From Thermoanaerobaculia bacterium (GTDB taxonomy: Bacteria; Acidobacteriota; Thermoanaerobaculia; UBA5066): a stretch of DNA of 64,000 bases. Shown here piece by piece: positions 1 to 12,928 of the stretch. How positions within the stretch are numbered: the stretch's first letter is position 1; each line of letters opens with the position of its first letter. The notes under the pieces are model-generated. The model was given only the letters and a program-made list of their open reading frames with translations. It had not been told where the DNA came from and made no database searches. The stretch is taken from positions 64,001-128,000 of the forward strand of contig CAVRAY010000001.1 in assembly GCA_963719225.1 (NCBI GenBank), given 5' to 3'. The position numbers and the translations under genes were made by a program.

Positions 1-1179
1 CAGCTCGGCCTCGAGCGCGTTGACGAGCTCCTTGCGGTGCTCCTCCTCCTCCATGTCGATGAAGTCCACGACGAGGAGGCCGCCGAGGTCTCGCAGCCGG
101 ATCTGCCGGACGATCTCCTGCACCGCCTCGAGGTTCGTCTTCACGACCGTGTCCTCGAGGCGCTTCTTGCCGACGAACTTGCCCGTGTTCACGTCGATCG
201 CGACGAGCGCTTCGGTCTGGTTGATGACGATGTAGCCGCCGGACTTCAGCCAGACCTTGGACTTGAGCGCGTTCTCGATCTCGGCCTCGACGCCGTACTC
301 CTCGAAGAGCGGCGCGGACTTGCGGAAGAGCTTGACCTTCGAGACGAGCACCGGCTGCACCTGGTCGAGGAACTCGACGATGCGCTGGTACTCCTCGTCG
401 TCGTCCACCCAGAGCGTCGCGAAGTCCGAGCCGAAGACGTCCCGTGCGGCGCGGAGCGTGAGGTCGAGGTCGCGGTGGAGAAGCGTCGGCGCCCCCGCGC
501 GCTCGCCTTTCTTGCGGATCTGCTCCCAGAGCTTCGTGAGGTAGCGGCGGTCGGCCGCGAACTCCTCCGGCGCGCGCCCTTCGCCCGCCGTGCGCACGAT
601 GTACCCGCCGGGACCCTTCTTGAGGTTCGTGAGGATCTCCTTGAGGCGGTTCCTCTCGTCCTCGTTCTCGATGCGCCGCGAGACGCCGACGTGGTCGATC
701 GTGGGCATGTAGACGAGCGTGCGCCCCGGGAGCGTGACGTGCGTCGTGACGCGCACGCCCTTGTGCGCGATCTGGTCCTTCGTGACCTGCACGACGAGCT
801 CCTGACCTTCCCTCAGGAGCTCGTCGATCGACGGGAGAATCGGCTTCGGCGGCACGTCGCCTTCCGCTCCGGGCACGATCTCGGCCGGCAGCGGAAGCGC
901 CTCGAACGTCGCCGCGGCGCCCCCGCTCCCGAAGGCGTCGAAATCGTCCACCTCCTCGCCGACGTCGGCCACGTAGAGAAAGGCGTCCTTCTCGAGCCCG
1001 ATGTCGACGAACGCCGACTGCATCCCCGGCAGGACGCGCGTCACGCGCCCTTTGTAGATGTTCCCGACCGTGCCGCGCTGCCTCCGGCGCTCGATCTGCA
1101 CCTCGGCCACGCGCCCTTCCTCGAGGACGGCGATGCGCGTCTCGCGGTCGGACGAGGAGACGAGAAGCTCTTTCGGCAC
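1..1179 (-). CDS. rng: Rne/Rng family ribonuclease (RNase G), 3' end runs off window
   Basis: Hand translation from GTG at 1179: VPKELLVSSSDRETRIAVLEEGRVAEVQIER..GNIYKGRVTRVLPGMQSAFVDIG; later GGYIVINQTEALVAIDVNTG; follows rodA as in the canonical mre-mrd-rng operon. Confidence 0.93.
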   Translation of the reverse strand, partial: MPKELLVSSSDRETRIAVLEEGRVAEVQIERRRQRGTVGNIYKGRVTRVLPGMQSAFVDIGLEKDAFLYVADVGEEVDDFDAFGSGGAAATFEALPLPAEIVPGAEGDVPPKPILPSIDELLREGQELVVQVTKDQIAHKGVRVTTHVTLPGRTLVYMPTIDHVGVSRRIENEDERNRLKEILTNLKKGPGGYIVRTAGEGRAPEEFAADRRYLTKLWEQIRKKGERAGAPTLLHRDLDLTLRAARDVFGSDFATLWVDDDEEYQRIVEFLDQVQPVLVSKVKLFRKSAPLFEEYGVEAEIENALKSKVWLKSGGYIVINQTEALVAIDVNTGKFVGKKRLEDTVVKTNLEAVQEIVRQIRLRDLGGLLVVDFIDMEEEEHRKELVNALEAEL

Positions 1180-1215
1180 GCGGCGAGTCTAACCTCCGCG
1201 GCCAGCAGTCCCGGC

Positions 1216-2313
1216 TCACACGTTGACGTAGCGCCTGTAGGCGACGGAGAGCATGAGCCCCACCATGCACCACGTCGCGACGAGCGAGGACCCTCCGTAC
1301 GAGACGAACGGCAGCGTGATGCCGGTCGTGGGCAAAACGCCGACGTTCATCCCGACGTTCACGAGCGCCTGGGCCGTGATGTTGAGGATGAGGAGGAGGA
1401 CGAGCATCGCTCCCCCGCGGTCCCGTGCATCGCGTGCGAGCGCGAGCGCCCGCGCGACGAGAAATCCGTAGAGCGCGAGGAAGACCGCGACGCCGGCGAA
1501 CCCCCACTCCTCGGCGAGCGCCGCGAAGACGAAGTCCGTGTGTCGCACGGGAAGGAAGCCGAGCCGGCTCTGCGTGCCCTGCTTCCAGCCCTTGCCGAAG
1601 ATGCCGCCGGAACCGATCGCGATCCGGGCCTGCCGCACCTGGTAGCCGGCGCCGCGCGCCGCGAGGTTCGGGTCGAGAAACGTGCGGATCCGGTCCTTCT
1701 GGTAATCCTTCAGGAGGAACCACGAGCCTCCGATCGCGAGCGAACCCCCGATGATGAGGGTGGCCCACCAGCGCCCGGGGATGCCGCCGAAGAAGAGAGC
1801 CGCGGCGAGGAAAGGCAGATACGTGAGCGCAACGCCGAGGTCGGGCTGAAGGAGGACGAGGACCGTCGGCACGGCGATGGCCGCGGCGATGGCGGCGATC
1901 GAGCGCGTCCTGAGGAGCGCGCGGTCGTCGTTCTCGAGGATCCACGCGAGGAGAAGCGCGATCGAGATGCGCGCGAACTCCGAAGGCTGGATCTGGAAGC
2001 CGCCCATCTTGATCCAGGATTTCGCCCCGGCAATCCGCTTTCCGAGGATCGGGAGCAGAAGGAGCACGAAGAGCGTAAACCCGTAGAGGCCGGGCGAGTA
2101 CTGCAGGAGGATGCGGTAGTCGATCGCGAGGAAGATGCCCGCGGCGATGAGGCCGAGGAGCGTGAAGAGCATCTGCTTGCCGGCGAGGTCCGCGCGCGGA
2201 GTTCCGGCGGTCGTCGAAACGACCATCGCGATCCCGATCGCCGTGAGAGCGAGCGCGAGAAAGAGGATGCGCAGGTCGATCCGCCGAGGAAGGATCTCGG
2301 CGAGCCGGGACAT
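1216..2313 (-). CDS. rodA: Rod shape-determining SEDS protein RodA
   Basis: IQPSEF, LLQPDLG, GYQVRQARIAIGSGG, HTDFVFA, LPFVSYGGSS motifs; downstream of PBP2. Confidence 0.95.
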   Translation of the reverse strand: MSRLAEILPRRIDLRILFLALALTAIGIAMVVSTTAGTPRADLAGKQMLFTLLGLIAAGIFLAIDYRILLQYSPGLYGFTLFVLLLLPILGKRIAGAKSWIKMGGFQIQPSEFARISIALLLAWILENDDRALLRTRSIAAIAAAIAVPTVLVLLQPDLGVALTYLPFLAAALFFGGIPGRWWATLIIGGSLAIGGSWFLLKDYQKDRIRTFLDPNLAARGAGYQVRQARIAIGSGGIFGKGWKQGTQSRLGFLPVRHTDFVFAALAEEWGFAGVAVFLALYGFLVARALALARDARDRGGAMLVLLLILNITAQALVNVGMNVGVLPTTGITLPFVSYGGSSLVATWCMVGLMLSVAYRRYVNV

Positions 2314-2316
2314 CGC

Positions 2317-4212
2317 TCAGTTCACCCGGGCGCGCGCGGAACCCACGGGGCGCGCGGCGAGAGCCGCGAGGAGCTCGGGTGTCCCTCCCCGGCTCTTGGC
2401 GACCCAGTACTCCGCGAGGCGCGCCGCGAGAGGCGCGGCGGCCGACGCTCCGTGCTCGCCGTGCTCCACGAAGACGACGACGACGATCTTCGGGTCGTCC
2501 TTCGGGGCGAAGCTCGCGAACCAGCCGTGATCGCGCAGCTCCTCCGGCAGGAGATGGCCTTTCTTCGCTTCCTTCTGTCCGACCACCTGCACGGATCCGG
2601 TCTTGCCGCACAGGTCGAGGCCCGGGACGCGCGAGGCGTACGCCGTTCCGCCGGGCATGTTCACGACGCGCCAGAGGCCTTCGACGATCGTCTCGTGAGC
2701 GCCGGGCGGATAGGGGATGGATTCCTTGGACTCGGGGCGGTAGACGAAGCGCTCGCCGGAGTGCACGTTCTCGCCGATGTGGAAGAGATGCGGAGTCGGG
2801 AGAGCGCCGTCCGCATTCGCGATACCGGACATGGCGCGCGCGATCTGCATCGCCGTCACGAGGACGGGCCCCTGGCCGATCGCCACGGAGATCGTCTCGC
2901 CGAGATACCAGGGGTGCTTGCGCGCCGCGAGGCTCCAGGCCGGCGATGGAACGATGCCGCTCTTCTCGTTGGAGAGATCGATGCCGGTCGGCCGCCCGAA
3001 CCCGAAGCGCCCCGCCGACTCGGCGATCGCGTCGATCCCGAGCCGCTTGCCCATCGTGTAGAAGTACGTATCGCACGAGACCTGGAGGGCCGTCGTGAGG
3101 TCCACGGACCCGTGACGGCCGTGACACCGGAAGAAGCGCCCGTAGAACGTGGCGCCGCCCGGGCAGAAGACCCTTTCGTGGGGATCGATGCCGTGCGTGA
3201 GGATCGCGTAGGCCATGTAGGGCTTCCAGATGGACCCCGGCGAGTACACGTTCTGGAGCGGGCGGTTGTTGAGCGGGTGGTCCGGGTCCGCCACGATGTC
3301 TTCCCACTCCGGGCGGCTCACGCGCTTCGTGAAGAAGTTCGGGTCGTACGCAGGAGCGGACAACAGCGCGAGGATCTCGCCCGTCTTCGGGTCGAGCGCC
3401 ACGGCCGAGCCGACCCTGTCGGCGAAATAGTCCTCGGCGATCTTCTGGAGCGAGAGGTCGATCGTCAGGTGCAGCGTGTTTCCGGGCGACGGCGACTCTT
3501 CTCCGATTTTTCCGACTTCGCGGCCGAACGAATCGATGACGTAGCTGCGCCAGCCCGAGAGACCGGAGAGAAGGTCCTGGTACGTCGCCTCGACGCCCTG
3601 CTGGCCGATGGCCTCGCCGGGACGAGGAGGGTTCGTGTCGAGAGGCCGCGCCTTCGCCCGCGCGAGCACCTGCTCCGCCGTGGCTTCGCCGAGATGGCCC
3701 AGGAGATGAGCCGCGGCCGTGCCCTGCGTGTAAACACGGCGCTCCGTCTTCTGGACGACGAGCTCCGGATGCTCGAGCGACCGCGCCTGCACGGCTCCCA
3801 CCTCGGAGATCGTGAGGTTTTCCTGGAGCACGACGGGCACGAAGTCGTAGTACGAGCGGTCGCGCTCGACCCGCCGCTTCAGGTCGTCGAACGGCCGGTT
3901 GAAGAGCTCGGCCACGAAGCGAAGGGAGGCGTCGAGATCCTTCGTCTCGCGGCGGTAGAGCAGGAGCGTGAAAGACGGCTCGTTCTCGGCGAGAACGGTG
4001 CCGTTGCGGTCGAGGATGAAGCCCCGGGGCGCCGTGACGGGCACGCGGCGCAGGCGGTTGTTCTCGGCCTGGCGCTCGTAGGCCTCGCCCCGGAGGATCT
4101 GGTGGACCCAGTACACCCCCGCCAGGAGGCCGATGAGGATCCACGTCCCGCGTGCGACGAGGTCGATGCGCGAAAGCACGGGGCGGCGGTCTTCGCGGGC
4201 GCTGGCAGGCAT
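2317..4212 (-). CDS. mrdA: Penicillin-binding protein 2
   Basis: APRGFILDRNG, SxxK (GSIWK), SCD, KTG motifs; ATG at 4212 overlaps mreD stop. Confidence 0.93.
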   Translation of the reverse strand: MPASAREDRRPVLSRIDLVARGTWILIGLLAGVYWVHQILRGEAYERQAENNRLRRVPVTAPRGFILDRNGTVLAENEPSFTLLLYRRETKDLDASLRFVAELFNRPFDDLKRRVERDRSYYDFVPVVLQENLTISEVGAVQARSLEHPELVVQKTERRVYTQGTAAAHLLGHLGEATAEQVLARAKARPLDTNPPRPGEAIGQQGVEATYQDLLSGLSGWRSYVIDSFGREVGKIGEESPSPGNTLHLTIDLSLQKIAEDYFADRVGSAVALDPKTGEILALLSAPAYDPNFFTKRVSRPEWEDIVADPDHPLNNRPLQNVYSPGSIWKPYMAYAILTHGIDPHERVFCPGGATFYGRFFRCHGRHGSVDLTTALQVSCDTYFYTMGKRLGIDAIAESAGRFGFGRPTGIDLSNEKSGIVPSPAWSLAARKHPWYLGETISVAIGQGPVLVTAMQIARAMSGIANADGALPTPHLFHIGENVHSGERFVYRPESKESIPYPPGAHETIVEGLWRVVNMPGGTAYASRVPGLDLCGKTGSVQVVGQKEAKKGHLLPEELRDHGWFASFAPKDDPKIVVVVFVEHGEHGASAAAPLAARLAEYWVAKSRGGTPELLAALAARPVGSARARVN

Positions 4213-4727
4213 CAGTTCAGTCTCACACGTCGGCGCGCCTGGCGCCGCTCTTTCCAGGGTACCCGGGACGCCGCGTAGAGAAGGCCGCCGAGCACTCCCG
4301 TCGTCAGGGCGCGGGCGGTGAGGGGCCACGGGGCGGGCGGAAGGAAATCGCCCGTGAGCACCCAGATCAGGAACGTGAGCGTCGCCGCCTCGACGAGGAC
4401 GGCGCCCGAGAGGAGGCCGCCGACGGCCAGGGGCTTCTCGACGACCGTTCGCGCGCCCACCGTGGCCAGGAGGTATCCGATCAGGATCTTGGAGAACGCG
4501 TGGAGCCCGAGAAGCCGGCTGGGCCCGAAGAGGCCGTCCTGGAGAAGGCCTGCCGGAAGAGCGGCCAGCATCGCGGGCACGGCAGCCCCGCCTCGCGCCA
4601 TGTCCGCGACGACGAGCAGGAAGAAGTCCGGAGGCGCCGGCATGTGGAGCGCGCCGAGCGCGAGCGTCGCGAGAACCGCGAGAGAAAGCCCGACCGCGAC
4701 GCGAAGCGCCTTCATCTCGCCCGCCAC
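4212..4727 (-). CDS. mreD: Rod shape-determining protein MreD
   Basis: Hydrophobic 171 aa protein with AGLLQD motif between mreC and mrdA. Confidence 0.8.
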   Translation of the reverse strand: MAGEMKALRVAVGLSLAVLATLALGALHMPAPPDFFLLVVADMARGGAAVPAMLAALPAGLLQDGLFGPSRLLGLHAFSKILIGYLLATVGARTVVEKPLAVGGLLSGAVLVEAATLTFLIWVLTGDFLPPAPWPLTARALTTGVLGGLLYAASRVPWKERRQARRRVRLN

Positions 4728-4731
4728 ACGC

Positions 4732-5601
4732 TCAGCGGCGTTCCAGCACGGAAGGGCCCGACGTGACGTCGGACTTCATCACGGGAGGCAGGACGAACAC
4801 GAGAGACTCTCCGTGGGGATCCGCGGCCGCGACGACCTGGATGTCCCAGAACAGCGTCTTGTTGCGGTGGACCGACGCGATACGGCCGACCGGGAGGCCG
4901 CCGGGGTAGACGCCGTCCGTGCCCGAGGAGATGAGCGTGTCGTTCGGCTCGACGGGCTCGATCGTCGGCACGTACTCCACCGACACGCTTCCTTTTCCGT
5001 CGCCTTTCGCAACGGCCATGCGTCCGCTGCGTGTCCCGTGCGTCAGAAGCACGCCCACGGCGGCCGTGTTGTCGGAGAGAAGCTGCACGCGCGCCGTCTT
5101 GGGGCCGAGGGCAATGACGCGGCCGAGCAGCCCGCCCCGCGCGACCACGACGCCGTCGAGCCGGAGGCCGTCGGCCGCGCCACGGTCCAGGAGCGCCGTG
5201 TGGAAGGGTCCGCTCGACTCCACGGCGATGAGCCGCGCCGGAATCGTCCCGGCCGGGGGTGAAGGCTGAGCGCCGAAAAGCTCGAGGAGGCGCCCCTTGT
5301 CGTCTTCGGCATCGCGCAGGCGAAGGAGCTCTCCACGGAGTCGGGCGACCTCGTCGGTCAACGCACGATTCTCGACGCGGAGCGCGCGCCGTGACATCGC
5401 CCAGGTCCCGATCTCGTGGATGCCCGACCGCACGGACGTGACGAGATCGACGAAGGGGGAGACGGCCGTGAGGAGCCAGCCCTCGCCGACGGTGCGCCCG
5501 CCGGGCCGGCGTACCTGGAGCGACAGCGTGACGAGGCAGACCGACAGGAGCACCGCGAGGAAGATTTCCGGGCGGCGTTCGGTGAGGGTCGGGCCGGCCA
5601 C
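4732..5601 (-). CDS. mreC: Rod shape-determining protein MreC
   Basis: N-terminal TM plus coiled coil, GLLGRV, SGTDGVYPGGLPVG; follows mreB. Confidence 0.92.
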   Translation of the reverse strand: MAGPTLTERRPEIFLAVLLSVCLVTLSLQVRRPGGRTVGEGWLLTAVSPFVDLVTSVRSGIHEIGTWAMSRRALRVENRALTDEVARLRGELLRLRDAEDDKGRLLELFGAQPSPPAGTIPARLIAVESSGPFHTALLDRGAADGLRLDGVVVARGGLLGRVIALGPKTARVQLLSDNTAAVGVLLTHGTRSGRMAVAKGDGKGSVSVEYVPTIEPVEPNDTLISSGTDGVYPGGLPVGRIASVHRNKTLFWDIQVVAAADPHGESLVFVLPPVMKSDVTSGPSVLERR

Positions 5602-5606
5602 GGGCG

Positions 5607-6674
<1,068 letters not shown>

Positions 6675-6687
6675 CTATGGTCAGTTG

Positions 6688-8121
6688 CTAATTGAGGAGC
6701 ACCGATTCCTTTTTGACCGTCTCGCCGCCGGCCGTGCGCGCCTTGATGACGATCTTCTGCAGGCCGTCGCCGCTCATGGAAATGACCTTCCGGAAGGTTC
6801 CGTCCCCGCCCACGTCCGCGATCTCGCCGTTGACGGTGACGGTGGCGCCGGGAGCCGTGCGGCCGACGAGCACGACGGACGAGCCGACGACGTTCGGTCT
6901 CTGCGTGATGACGAGGTCGGGGGGAAGCGTGTCCGTCCTCTCCCGGGAAACGTCGCCGGAGGAGACCTTGAAGCGGCGGGACGCCGACCAATCCGAGAGT
7001 GCCGGCGGGTTCCCTTTGCGCATGGAACGCACGTGCCAGAAGTACGAGCCCGGCTGGATCTGGGAGATGTCGATGAGGACCTCGGCCTTGGTGCGCTCGT
7101 TCGCGCCGATGTCGAGGATCGAGTCCTTGACGAAGAATCGGCTGCGCGCGATCTCGATCTCGTAGGTCGACGCGTCCTTGATCGACGACCAGCGCAGGCG
7201 CAGGGGATCGCGCTTCTTGAAGTCGATCTCGAGGTTGTCCTCGGGCGCATTGAGTGACGGCGCTTCGGGGAGGGTCGTCTTCGGCCCGATGCCGCCGTCC
7301 TTCGACGCGGCGGCGCGCTCGCGGGGTCCGAGCACCTCGGAACGCCCCGTCTTGTCGGTGAGGGTCGTCGAACCGGCGAAGCTGCTCACGTTCGTCCGCT
7401 GCGAGTCGGTGTCCATGCCCACGCTCGCGTTCGTGCCGATGTGCGCAAGGGCGGCGTCCGTCGACACCGAGGCCTTGTTCTTGTCTCCCGTGTTGACGTC
7501 CGTGGTCCCGACGACGAGCTTCACGTTCGCTCCGGAGGAGCCTCCCGCGCCGTGGACCTCGAAGAGCGTCTCGGGCCGGATCCGGTACATCGTTCCGTCG
7601 TTCCAGAGCACCTCGGCCGTGCCGTTCGGGCCGGTCTTGATGAAGTCGCCTTCGGCGACCCCGGTGTTGGGCTTGAGGCTCTCCCACGTGTTGCGGTTCG
7701 CTTTCTGGATCTTGACGTCGCCCGCGGTGTCGACGACGTTCGCATTGCTCTTCAGGCCGGCGCCCGCGACGATCTTCAACGCGCGGGACTTGACCTCGAG
7801 GGCCGTCCGCGCGGCCTTCTCGTTCGAGCCCGCCGCGAGGTCCTTCCGCGCCTCGCCGAGCATCTCCTCCGCCGAGGCGATCTCCTTGGCGAGGAGCGAC
7901 GCGTCCTTCTGCTGCCGCGCGCGGACGAGCGCGTCGTCCGCCTCGGCGATCGCCTGCTTGGCGCGGATGGCGGTTTCGTCGCGTTTCAGGAAATAGAAGA
8001 CCCCGCCCGCGATCCCCGCGGCGAGGACCACGATGCCGACCAGTATCCGAACGAGCGTCTGGGTCGAGACGTAATACCACTCGAGCTGGGATTCCAGGTT
8101 GCTCGAAGACTTCTTGGGCAT
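6688..8121 (-). CDS. Membrane-anchored FecR-domain protein with Ig/FN3-like C-terminal domains
   Basis: N-terminal [22 protein letters not shown] (FecR-like), YFWHVRS (FN3-like), [13 protein letters not shown] (Ig-like). Confidence 0.65.
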   Translation of the reverse strand: MPKKSSSNLESQLEWYYVSTQTLVRILVGIVVLAAGIAGGVFYFLKRDETAIRAKQAIAEADDALVRARQQKDASLLAKEIASAEEMLGEARKDLAAGSNEKAARTALEVKSRALKIVAGAGLKSNANVVDTAGDVKIQKANRNTWESLKPNTGVAEGDFIKTGPNGTAEVLWNDGTMYRIRPETLFEVHGAGGSSGANVKLVVGTTDVNTGDKNKASVSTDAALAHIGTNASVGMDTDSQRTNVSSFAGSTTLTDKTGRSEVLGPRERAAASKDGGIGPKTTLPEAPSLNAPEDNLEIDFKKRDPLRLRWSSIKDASTYEIEIARSRFFVKDSILDIGANERTKAEVLIDISQIQPGSYFWHVRSMRKGNPPALSDWSASRRFKVSSGDVSRERTDTLPPDLVITQRPNVVGSSVVLVGRTAPGATVTVNGEIADVGGDGTFRKVISMSGDGLQKIVIKARTAGGETVKKESVLLN

Positions 8122-8305
8122 AACGCTCGTTTCTGGAAACCCTTACAGCAAACCTTCTTATAGCATGCCGGACCTCCGGCATGCCCTCCGGGGTGCAGCC
8201 TTTCCGTACGAACTTTACCGCCGTTTGCCTCTGGGGTATCGTCTTCGGTTCTTTCGGACCCCGTGGCGCGCGAGCGCCCCGGACGCGTCCCACTTCGGAG
8301 AAAAG

Positions 8306-10252
8306 ATGCTCAAGGCGCTGCGCGAGAATTTCAAACACCTCCAATGGATCCTCTGGGCGGTCATCGCCGTCTTCGTGATCTTCGTTTTCGCCGATTGGGG
8401 CATGGGCTCCCAGCGCGGCGGTGCGGGCGACACCTCGCTCGCGGCGAAGGCCGGCGACATCCGGATCACGACCGCCGATTTTCAGAGGGAATATGCCTTC
8501 GCCGAGGATCGCTACCGTCAGGCGTACGGGAAGAACTTCACTCCTGAGCTCGCGCGCGCGATGAACCTGCCCGAGCAGGTCCTCAACTCCCTGATCGACC
8601 GCCGGCTGTTCCGCGACGAAGCCGAGCGGCTGCACCTGAAGGTGACGGACGACGAGCTCACACAGCACATCCTCGGGATCAAGGATCCCCAGAGCGGCCG
8701 GGCGCTCTTCGTGAAGGACGGCTCCTTCGTCGGCGACGCGGCGTACCGCCGGATCCTCGCGGCGAATCACCTCGCGCCGCAGAGTTTCGAAGACGGGCAG
8801 CGCGAGCAGATCCTGCTCGAGAAGCTGAACCGTTTCCTGACGGAATCCATCGTCGTGTCCGACGACGAGGTGAAGGCCGAGTTCGAGAAGAAGAACGTCA
8901 AGGCGAAGGTCGCCTGGGCGCTCCTGCCCGTCGTCACGACCGCGCAGGCGCCCGTCACCGACTCGGAGGCCGAGGCGTACTTCAAGACGAACCCGACCCC
9001 GTACCTCCAGCCCGAAAAGCGCAGGGCGAAGTACCTCCTCGTCGAGACGGCGAAGATCAAGCCCTCGATCCAGGTGTCGGACGCCGACGTCGCCGCCAAC
9101 TACTCCTCGGCCGCGGAGAGCTTCCGCAAGGGCGAGGAAGTGCACGCGCGCCACATCCTGTACAAGGTCGAAGGCGCGAACGATGCCGCCCAGAAGGCGA
9201 AGGCGGAGGCCGCCGTGCGCAAGCTCAAGGGCGGCGCGGACTTCGCGACGCTCGCGCAAGCCGAATCGGACGACCCGGGCTCGAAGGCGAACGGCGGGGA
9301 CCTCGGCTCGTTCCCGAGGGGCCGGATGGTGAAAGAGTTCGAAGACGCGGCCTTCGCTGCGAAGGAGAAGGAAATCGTCGGGCCCGTCAAGAGCTCGTTC
9401 GGATACCACGTCATCCAGGTCCTCGAGAAGACGGGCGAGCGCGTCCAGCCGCTCTTCGAGGTCTCGGCGGGCATCCGCGCGCGTCTGCAGGAGGACCGCG
9501 CGCGCGACGAGGCCAAGCGCCTTGCCGCGGGCCTCGCGGAAAAGGTCGCGAAGATGAACAAGCCCTCCGACGACGACCTGCGCAAGCTCGCCGGGGGCGG
9601 TGTGACGTTCAACGAGACAGAGCTCCTCGCGCGGACGGACGCGCCCCAGGGCATCGGGTTCAACCCTCAATTCAGCGAGAAGCTGTTTTCTCTCAAGGAA
9701 GGAGAGACCTCCGCGACTCCCGTCTCCACCTCGCGCGGCGAAGCGATCGTCAAGCTCGTCGAGATCAAGAAGCCCGGCCTTCCGGCGTTCGCCGAGGTCA
9801 AGGCGCGCGTCCTCGCCGACATCCAGAGGAAGAGGCAGGACGAGGCGACGCTCGCGTCGCTGAGGCAGGCGATGGCGGGGGGCGCGACGCTCGAGGGCGT
9901 CGCCAAGAAGCTGAACCTGAAGATCGAAGCTCCCGAGGCGTTCGGGAAGGGCGGTCCGATCCCCGGCCTCGGCTCGCCGAAAGCGGTTCTCGACGCCGTG
10001 TTCGCCGCGAAGCCGGGCGAGCTGAAAGGCCCCATCGCCGTGGCCGAGCGCGGAGCCGTCGTCGTGCGCGTCGACAGCGTGACGCCGTTCGAGCAGGCGG
10101 CCTTCGAGAAGGAGAAGGACGCGTTGAAGGAGAGCCTGCGCGGGCAGAAGTCAAACCGACTGATCCAGGCGCTCGTCCAGAAGAAGCGCTCCGACCTGAA
10201 GATCGAGTTCAATCGGGAGCTCCTCTCGAAGATGGGCGGCTCGAAGGCCTAG
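8306..10252 (+). CDS. ppiD: SurA N-terminal domain / PpiD-type peptidyl-prolyl isomerase
   Basis: MLKALRE.. N-terminal TM, parvulin motifs [19 protein letters not shown]. Confidence 0.85.
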   Translation: MLKALRENFKHLQWILWAVIAVFVIFVFADWGMGSQRGGAGDTSLAAKAGDIRITTADFQREYAFAEDRYRQAYGKNFTPELARAMNLPEQVLNSLIDRRLFRDEAERLHLKVTDDELTQHILGIKDPQSGRALFVKDGSFVGDAAYRRILAANHLAPQSFEDGQREQILLEKLNRFLTESIVVSDDEVKAEFEKKNVKAKVAWALLPVVTTAQAPVTDSEAEAYFKTNPTPYLQPEKRRAKYLLVETAKIKPSIQVSDADVAANYSSAAESFRKGEEVHARHILYKVEGANDAAQKAKAEAAVRKLKGGADFATLAQAESDDPGSKANGGDLGSFPRGRMVKEFEDAAFAAKEKEIVGPVKSSFGYHVIQVLEKTGERVQPLFEVSAGIRARLQEDRARDEAKRLAAGLAEKVAKMNKPSDDDLRKLAGGGVTFNETELLARTDAPQGIGFNPQFSEKLFSLKEGETSATPVSTSRGEAIVKLVEIKKPGLPAFAEVKARVLADIQRKRQDEATLASLRQAMAGGATLEGVAKKLNLKIEAPEAFGKGGPIPGLGSPKAVLDAVFAAKPGELKGPIAVAERGAVVVRVDSVTPFEQAAFEKEKDALKESLRGQKSNRLIQALVQKKRSDLKIEFNRELLSKMGGSKA

Positions 10253-10266
10253 GGACGACGGCCCCG

Positions 10267-10860
10267 GTGATCGCCCGCCTCTCCGGGACCGTCCTCGATC
10301 TGCGAACCGACCGGCTCGTCCTCGACGTCAACGGCGTCGGCTACGACCTCGCGATTCCGCTCGGCACGTTCTCCGCGCTCCCGCCCGTCGGCGAGAAGGC
10401 CGTCCTCCACGTCCACATGCACGTGCGCGAGGACGCGCTCTCGCTCTTCGGCTTCGCGACGGCGCAGGAGAAATACGTCTTCGAGCGCCTCATCTCGGTG
10501 TCGGGAATCGGGCCGAGGGTCGCGCTCACGGTGCTGTCCGGCCTGCCGCTGCCGGACCTCGTCCGCGCGATCGCGACGCAGAACGCGCGCGTCCTCGCGA
10601 CGATCCCGGGAGTCGGCAAGAAGCTGGCCGAACGGCTCGGACTCGAGCTGAAGGAGAAGCTCGCGGGCTTCGGCGAGGGCGCGGGGCTCGCGGCCGCGGG
10701 CGGAAAGGCCTCGGCCGTCGAGGACGCGATCGGCGCCCTCGAGAACCTCGGCTACAAGCTCGCGCAGGCCGAGCAGGCCGTGGAGAGGGCCGTCAAGGAC
10801 GTCGGGATCGACGACCTCAACAAGATTCTCCAGGCGGCGCTGAAGTCGCTCGCGCGGTAG
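10267..10860 (+). CDS. ruvA: Holliday junction branch migration protein RuvA
   Basis: [34 protein letters not shown]. Confidence 0.96.
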   Translation: MIARLSGTVLDLRTDRLVLDVNGVGYDLAIPLGTFSALPPVGEKAVLHVHMHVREDALSLFGFATAQEKYVFERLISVSGIGPRVALTVLSGLPLPDLVRAIATQNARVLATIPGVGKKLAERLGLELKEKLAGFGEGAGLAAAGGKASAVEDAIGALENLGYKLAQAEQAVERAVKDVGIDDLNKILQAALKSLAR

Positions 10861-10973
10861 GGCGCTCGTCGGCCCGGTACGCCCCGCTCCTTCGCGCGCG
10901 AACTCGCTTCGCTCAGACAGCGCGTCGCGTGCGTCGCGGAGCACCCGCCGTCCTCTCGCGCCATAATCCGCCA

Positions 10974-11993
10974 GTGGACGAACGCATTCTCTCGGGCGTG
11001 CTCCAGACGGCCGAGGCGGACCCCGAGGTTACGCTCCGCCCGCGCGCGCTCCAGGAGTTCGTCGGGCAGCCGAAGCTGAAGGAGACGCTCGGCGTCTTCC
11101 TGCAGGCCGCGCGGCAGCGGCAGGAGCCGCTGGACCACGTCCTCCTCTGCGGCCCCCCGGGCCTCGGGAAGACGACGCTCGCGCACATCATCGCCCGCGA
11201 GATGGGCGCGCAGATCCGCGTCACGTCCGGCCCGGTTCTCGAGAAGGCGGGCGACCTCGCCGCGATTCTCACGAACCTGGCGCCGGGCGACGTCCTGTTC
11301 GTGGACGAGATCCACCGCATGCCGCCCGCGGTCGAGGAGATCCTGTACCCGGCGATGGAGGACGGGAAGCTCGACCTCGTCATCGGCACCGGCCCGGGGG
11401 CGCGCACGGTCGAGCTGAGGCTTCCGCCGTTCACGCTCGTGGGCGCGACGACGCGGGCCGGGCTCCTCTCCCAGCCCTTCACCGCGCGCTTCGGCATCAC
11501 GCACCGCCTCGACTTCTACGACGCCGAGGCGCTCGCGACCATCGTGACGCGCTCGGCCGACATCCTCTCCTGCCCGGTCGAGGCCGCGGGCGCCCGCGAG
11601 ATCGCCCGGCGCAGCCGCGGCACGCCGCGCATCGCGAACCGGCTCCTGCGCCGCGTGCGCGACTACGCCGAGGTCGCCGGGGAAAGCGCGATCACCGAGC
11701 GCGCGGCCGAAGTCGCGCTCGACAAGCTCGAGGTCGACCAGCACGGCCTCGACGAGATCGACCGCCGGATCCTCACGCTCGTCATCGAGCGGTTTTCCGG
11801 CGGGCCCGTCGGCCTCTCGGCGCTCGCGCACTCGCTCGGCGAGGACAAGGGCACGCTCGAGGATCTGTACGAGCCGTTCCTCCTCCAGTCCGGATTCCTG
11901 CAGCGCACGCCGAAGGGGCGCGTGGCTTCCGCCCTCGCGTATCGCCACCTCGGGCTGAAGCCCATGGCGGGCCCGGGCACGCTCTTTGGCTGA
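10974..11993 (+). CDS. ruvB: Holliday junction DNA helicase RuvB
   Basis: [33 protein letters not shown]. Confidence 0.97.
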   Translation: MDERILSGVLQTAEADPEVTLRPRALQEFVGQPKLKETLGVFLQAARQRQEPLDHVLLCGPPGLGKTTLAHIIAREMGAQIRVTSGPVLEKAGDLAAILTNLAPGDVLFVDEIHRMPPAVEEILYPAMEDGKLDLVIGTGPGARTVELRLPPFTLVGATTRAGLLSQPFTARFGITHRLDFYDAEALATIVTRSADILSCPVEAAGAREIARRSRGTPRIANRLLRRVRDYAEVAGESAITERAAEVALDKLEVDQHGLDEIDRRILTLVIERFSGGPVGLSALAHSLGEDKGTLEDLYEPFLLQSGFLQRTPKGRVASALAYRHLGLKPMAGPGTLFG

Positions 11994-12900
11994 GAGCGGC
12001 CCGCGGCGGGGCCTCCTCGTCTACAACCCGGTGGCCGGCGGCGCGGGCCGGGGTCCGGACATGGACGGAGTCGTCGCGCGCGCGGCCCAGAGAGGGCTCG
12101 AGCTCCTTCCCCTGCCGACCGAGCGCCCGCGCCACGCGACCGAGCTCGTGGCCGCGCGACTCGGGGAAGAGCTCGATCTCGTGGCCGTCGCGGGAGGCGA
12201 CGGGACCGTCGGTGAGGTCGCGGAAGCCCTGCTCGGCACCGACGTGCCGATCGCGATCCTTCCGACGGGCACGGCGAACGTCGTCGCGCGGGAGTACGGC
12301 ATCGGCCGCACCGTGTCAGAAGGCGAGCGCGCGCTGACGTCCTCGCGCGCCGAGCCCATCACGGTCTGGCGCGCGGCGGGCCGGACGTGCCTCATCAGCG
12401 CGGGCGTGGGGTTCGACGCGCGCGTCATGAAGAACATCGTGCCGGTTCTCAAGCGCCTCTTCGGCCGCACCGGCATCGGCTGGACCGCCACGATGGAATG
12501 GCTGAAGTACGAGTTCCCGCCGATCGAGGTGACCGGCGTGGACGCCGAAGGCGCGTCCTTCTCGGTGGAGGCGACGTTCGTCCTCGCCGCGAACACACGC
12601 CGCTATGGAGGCGACCCGATCCTGTCGCCATTTGCGGATCCGTCGGACGACCTCCTCGACCTCGTCCTGTTCGGGTCCCGCTCGAGATGGACGCTCATGC
12701 GCTGGTACGGCCGCCTCTCGCGCGGCAAGGCCGCACACCTCTCGCTCGAGGGCTGTTCGCGCCGCGGGGTGAGGAGCTTCACCGCGCGCTCCCGGGCGGG
12801 CTACGAGCTCGACGTGCAGGTCGACGGCGACGCGGTCACGACGACGCCGTTCGCGATGGGTCCGGCTGCGGGCCGCGTCAAGATCGTCGTCCCCGAGTGA
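11986..12900 (+). CDS. Diacylglycerol/lipid kinase family protein
   Basis: [24 protein letters not shown] motifs. Confidence 0.88.
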   Translation: MAESGPRRGLLVYNPVAGGAGRGPDMDGVVARAAQRGLELLPLPTERPRHATELVAARLGEELDLVAVAGGDGTVGEVAEALLGTDVPIAILPTGTANVVAREYGIGRTVSEGERALTSSRAEPITVWRAAGRTCLISAGVGFDARVMKNIVPVLKRLFGRTGIGWTATMEWLKYEFPPIEVTGVDAEGASFSVEATFVLAANTRRYGGDPILSPFADPSDDLLDLVLFGSRSRWTLMRWYGRLSRGKAAHLSLEGCSRRGVRSFTARSRAGYELDVQVDGDAVTTTPFAMGPAAGRVKIVVPE

Positions 12901-12928
12901 GCGGCTAAGATCCCAGGCAGGAGGACCC

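Noticed and set aside
37-4278. 1413-aa plus-strand ORF (and similar giant ORFs at 6644-9670, 19132-21489, 54213-57935)
   Set aside because: Antisense shadows of real genes caused by high-GC codon bias; no recognisable motifs
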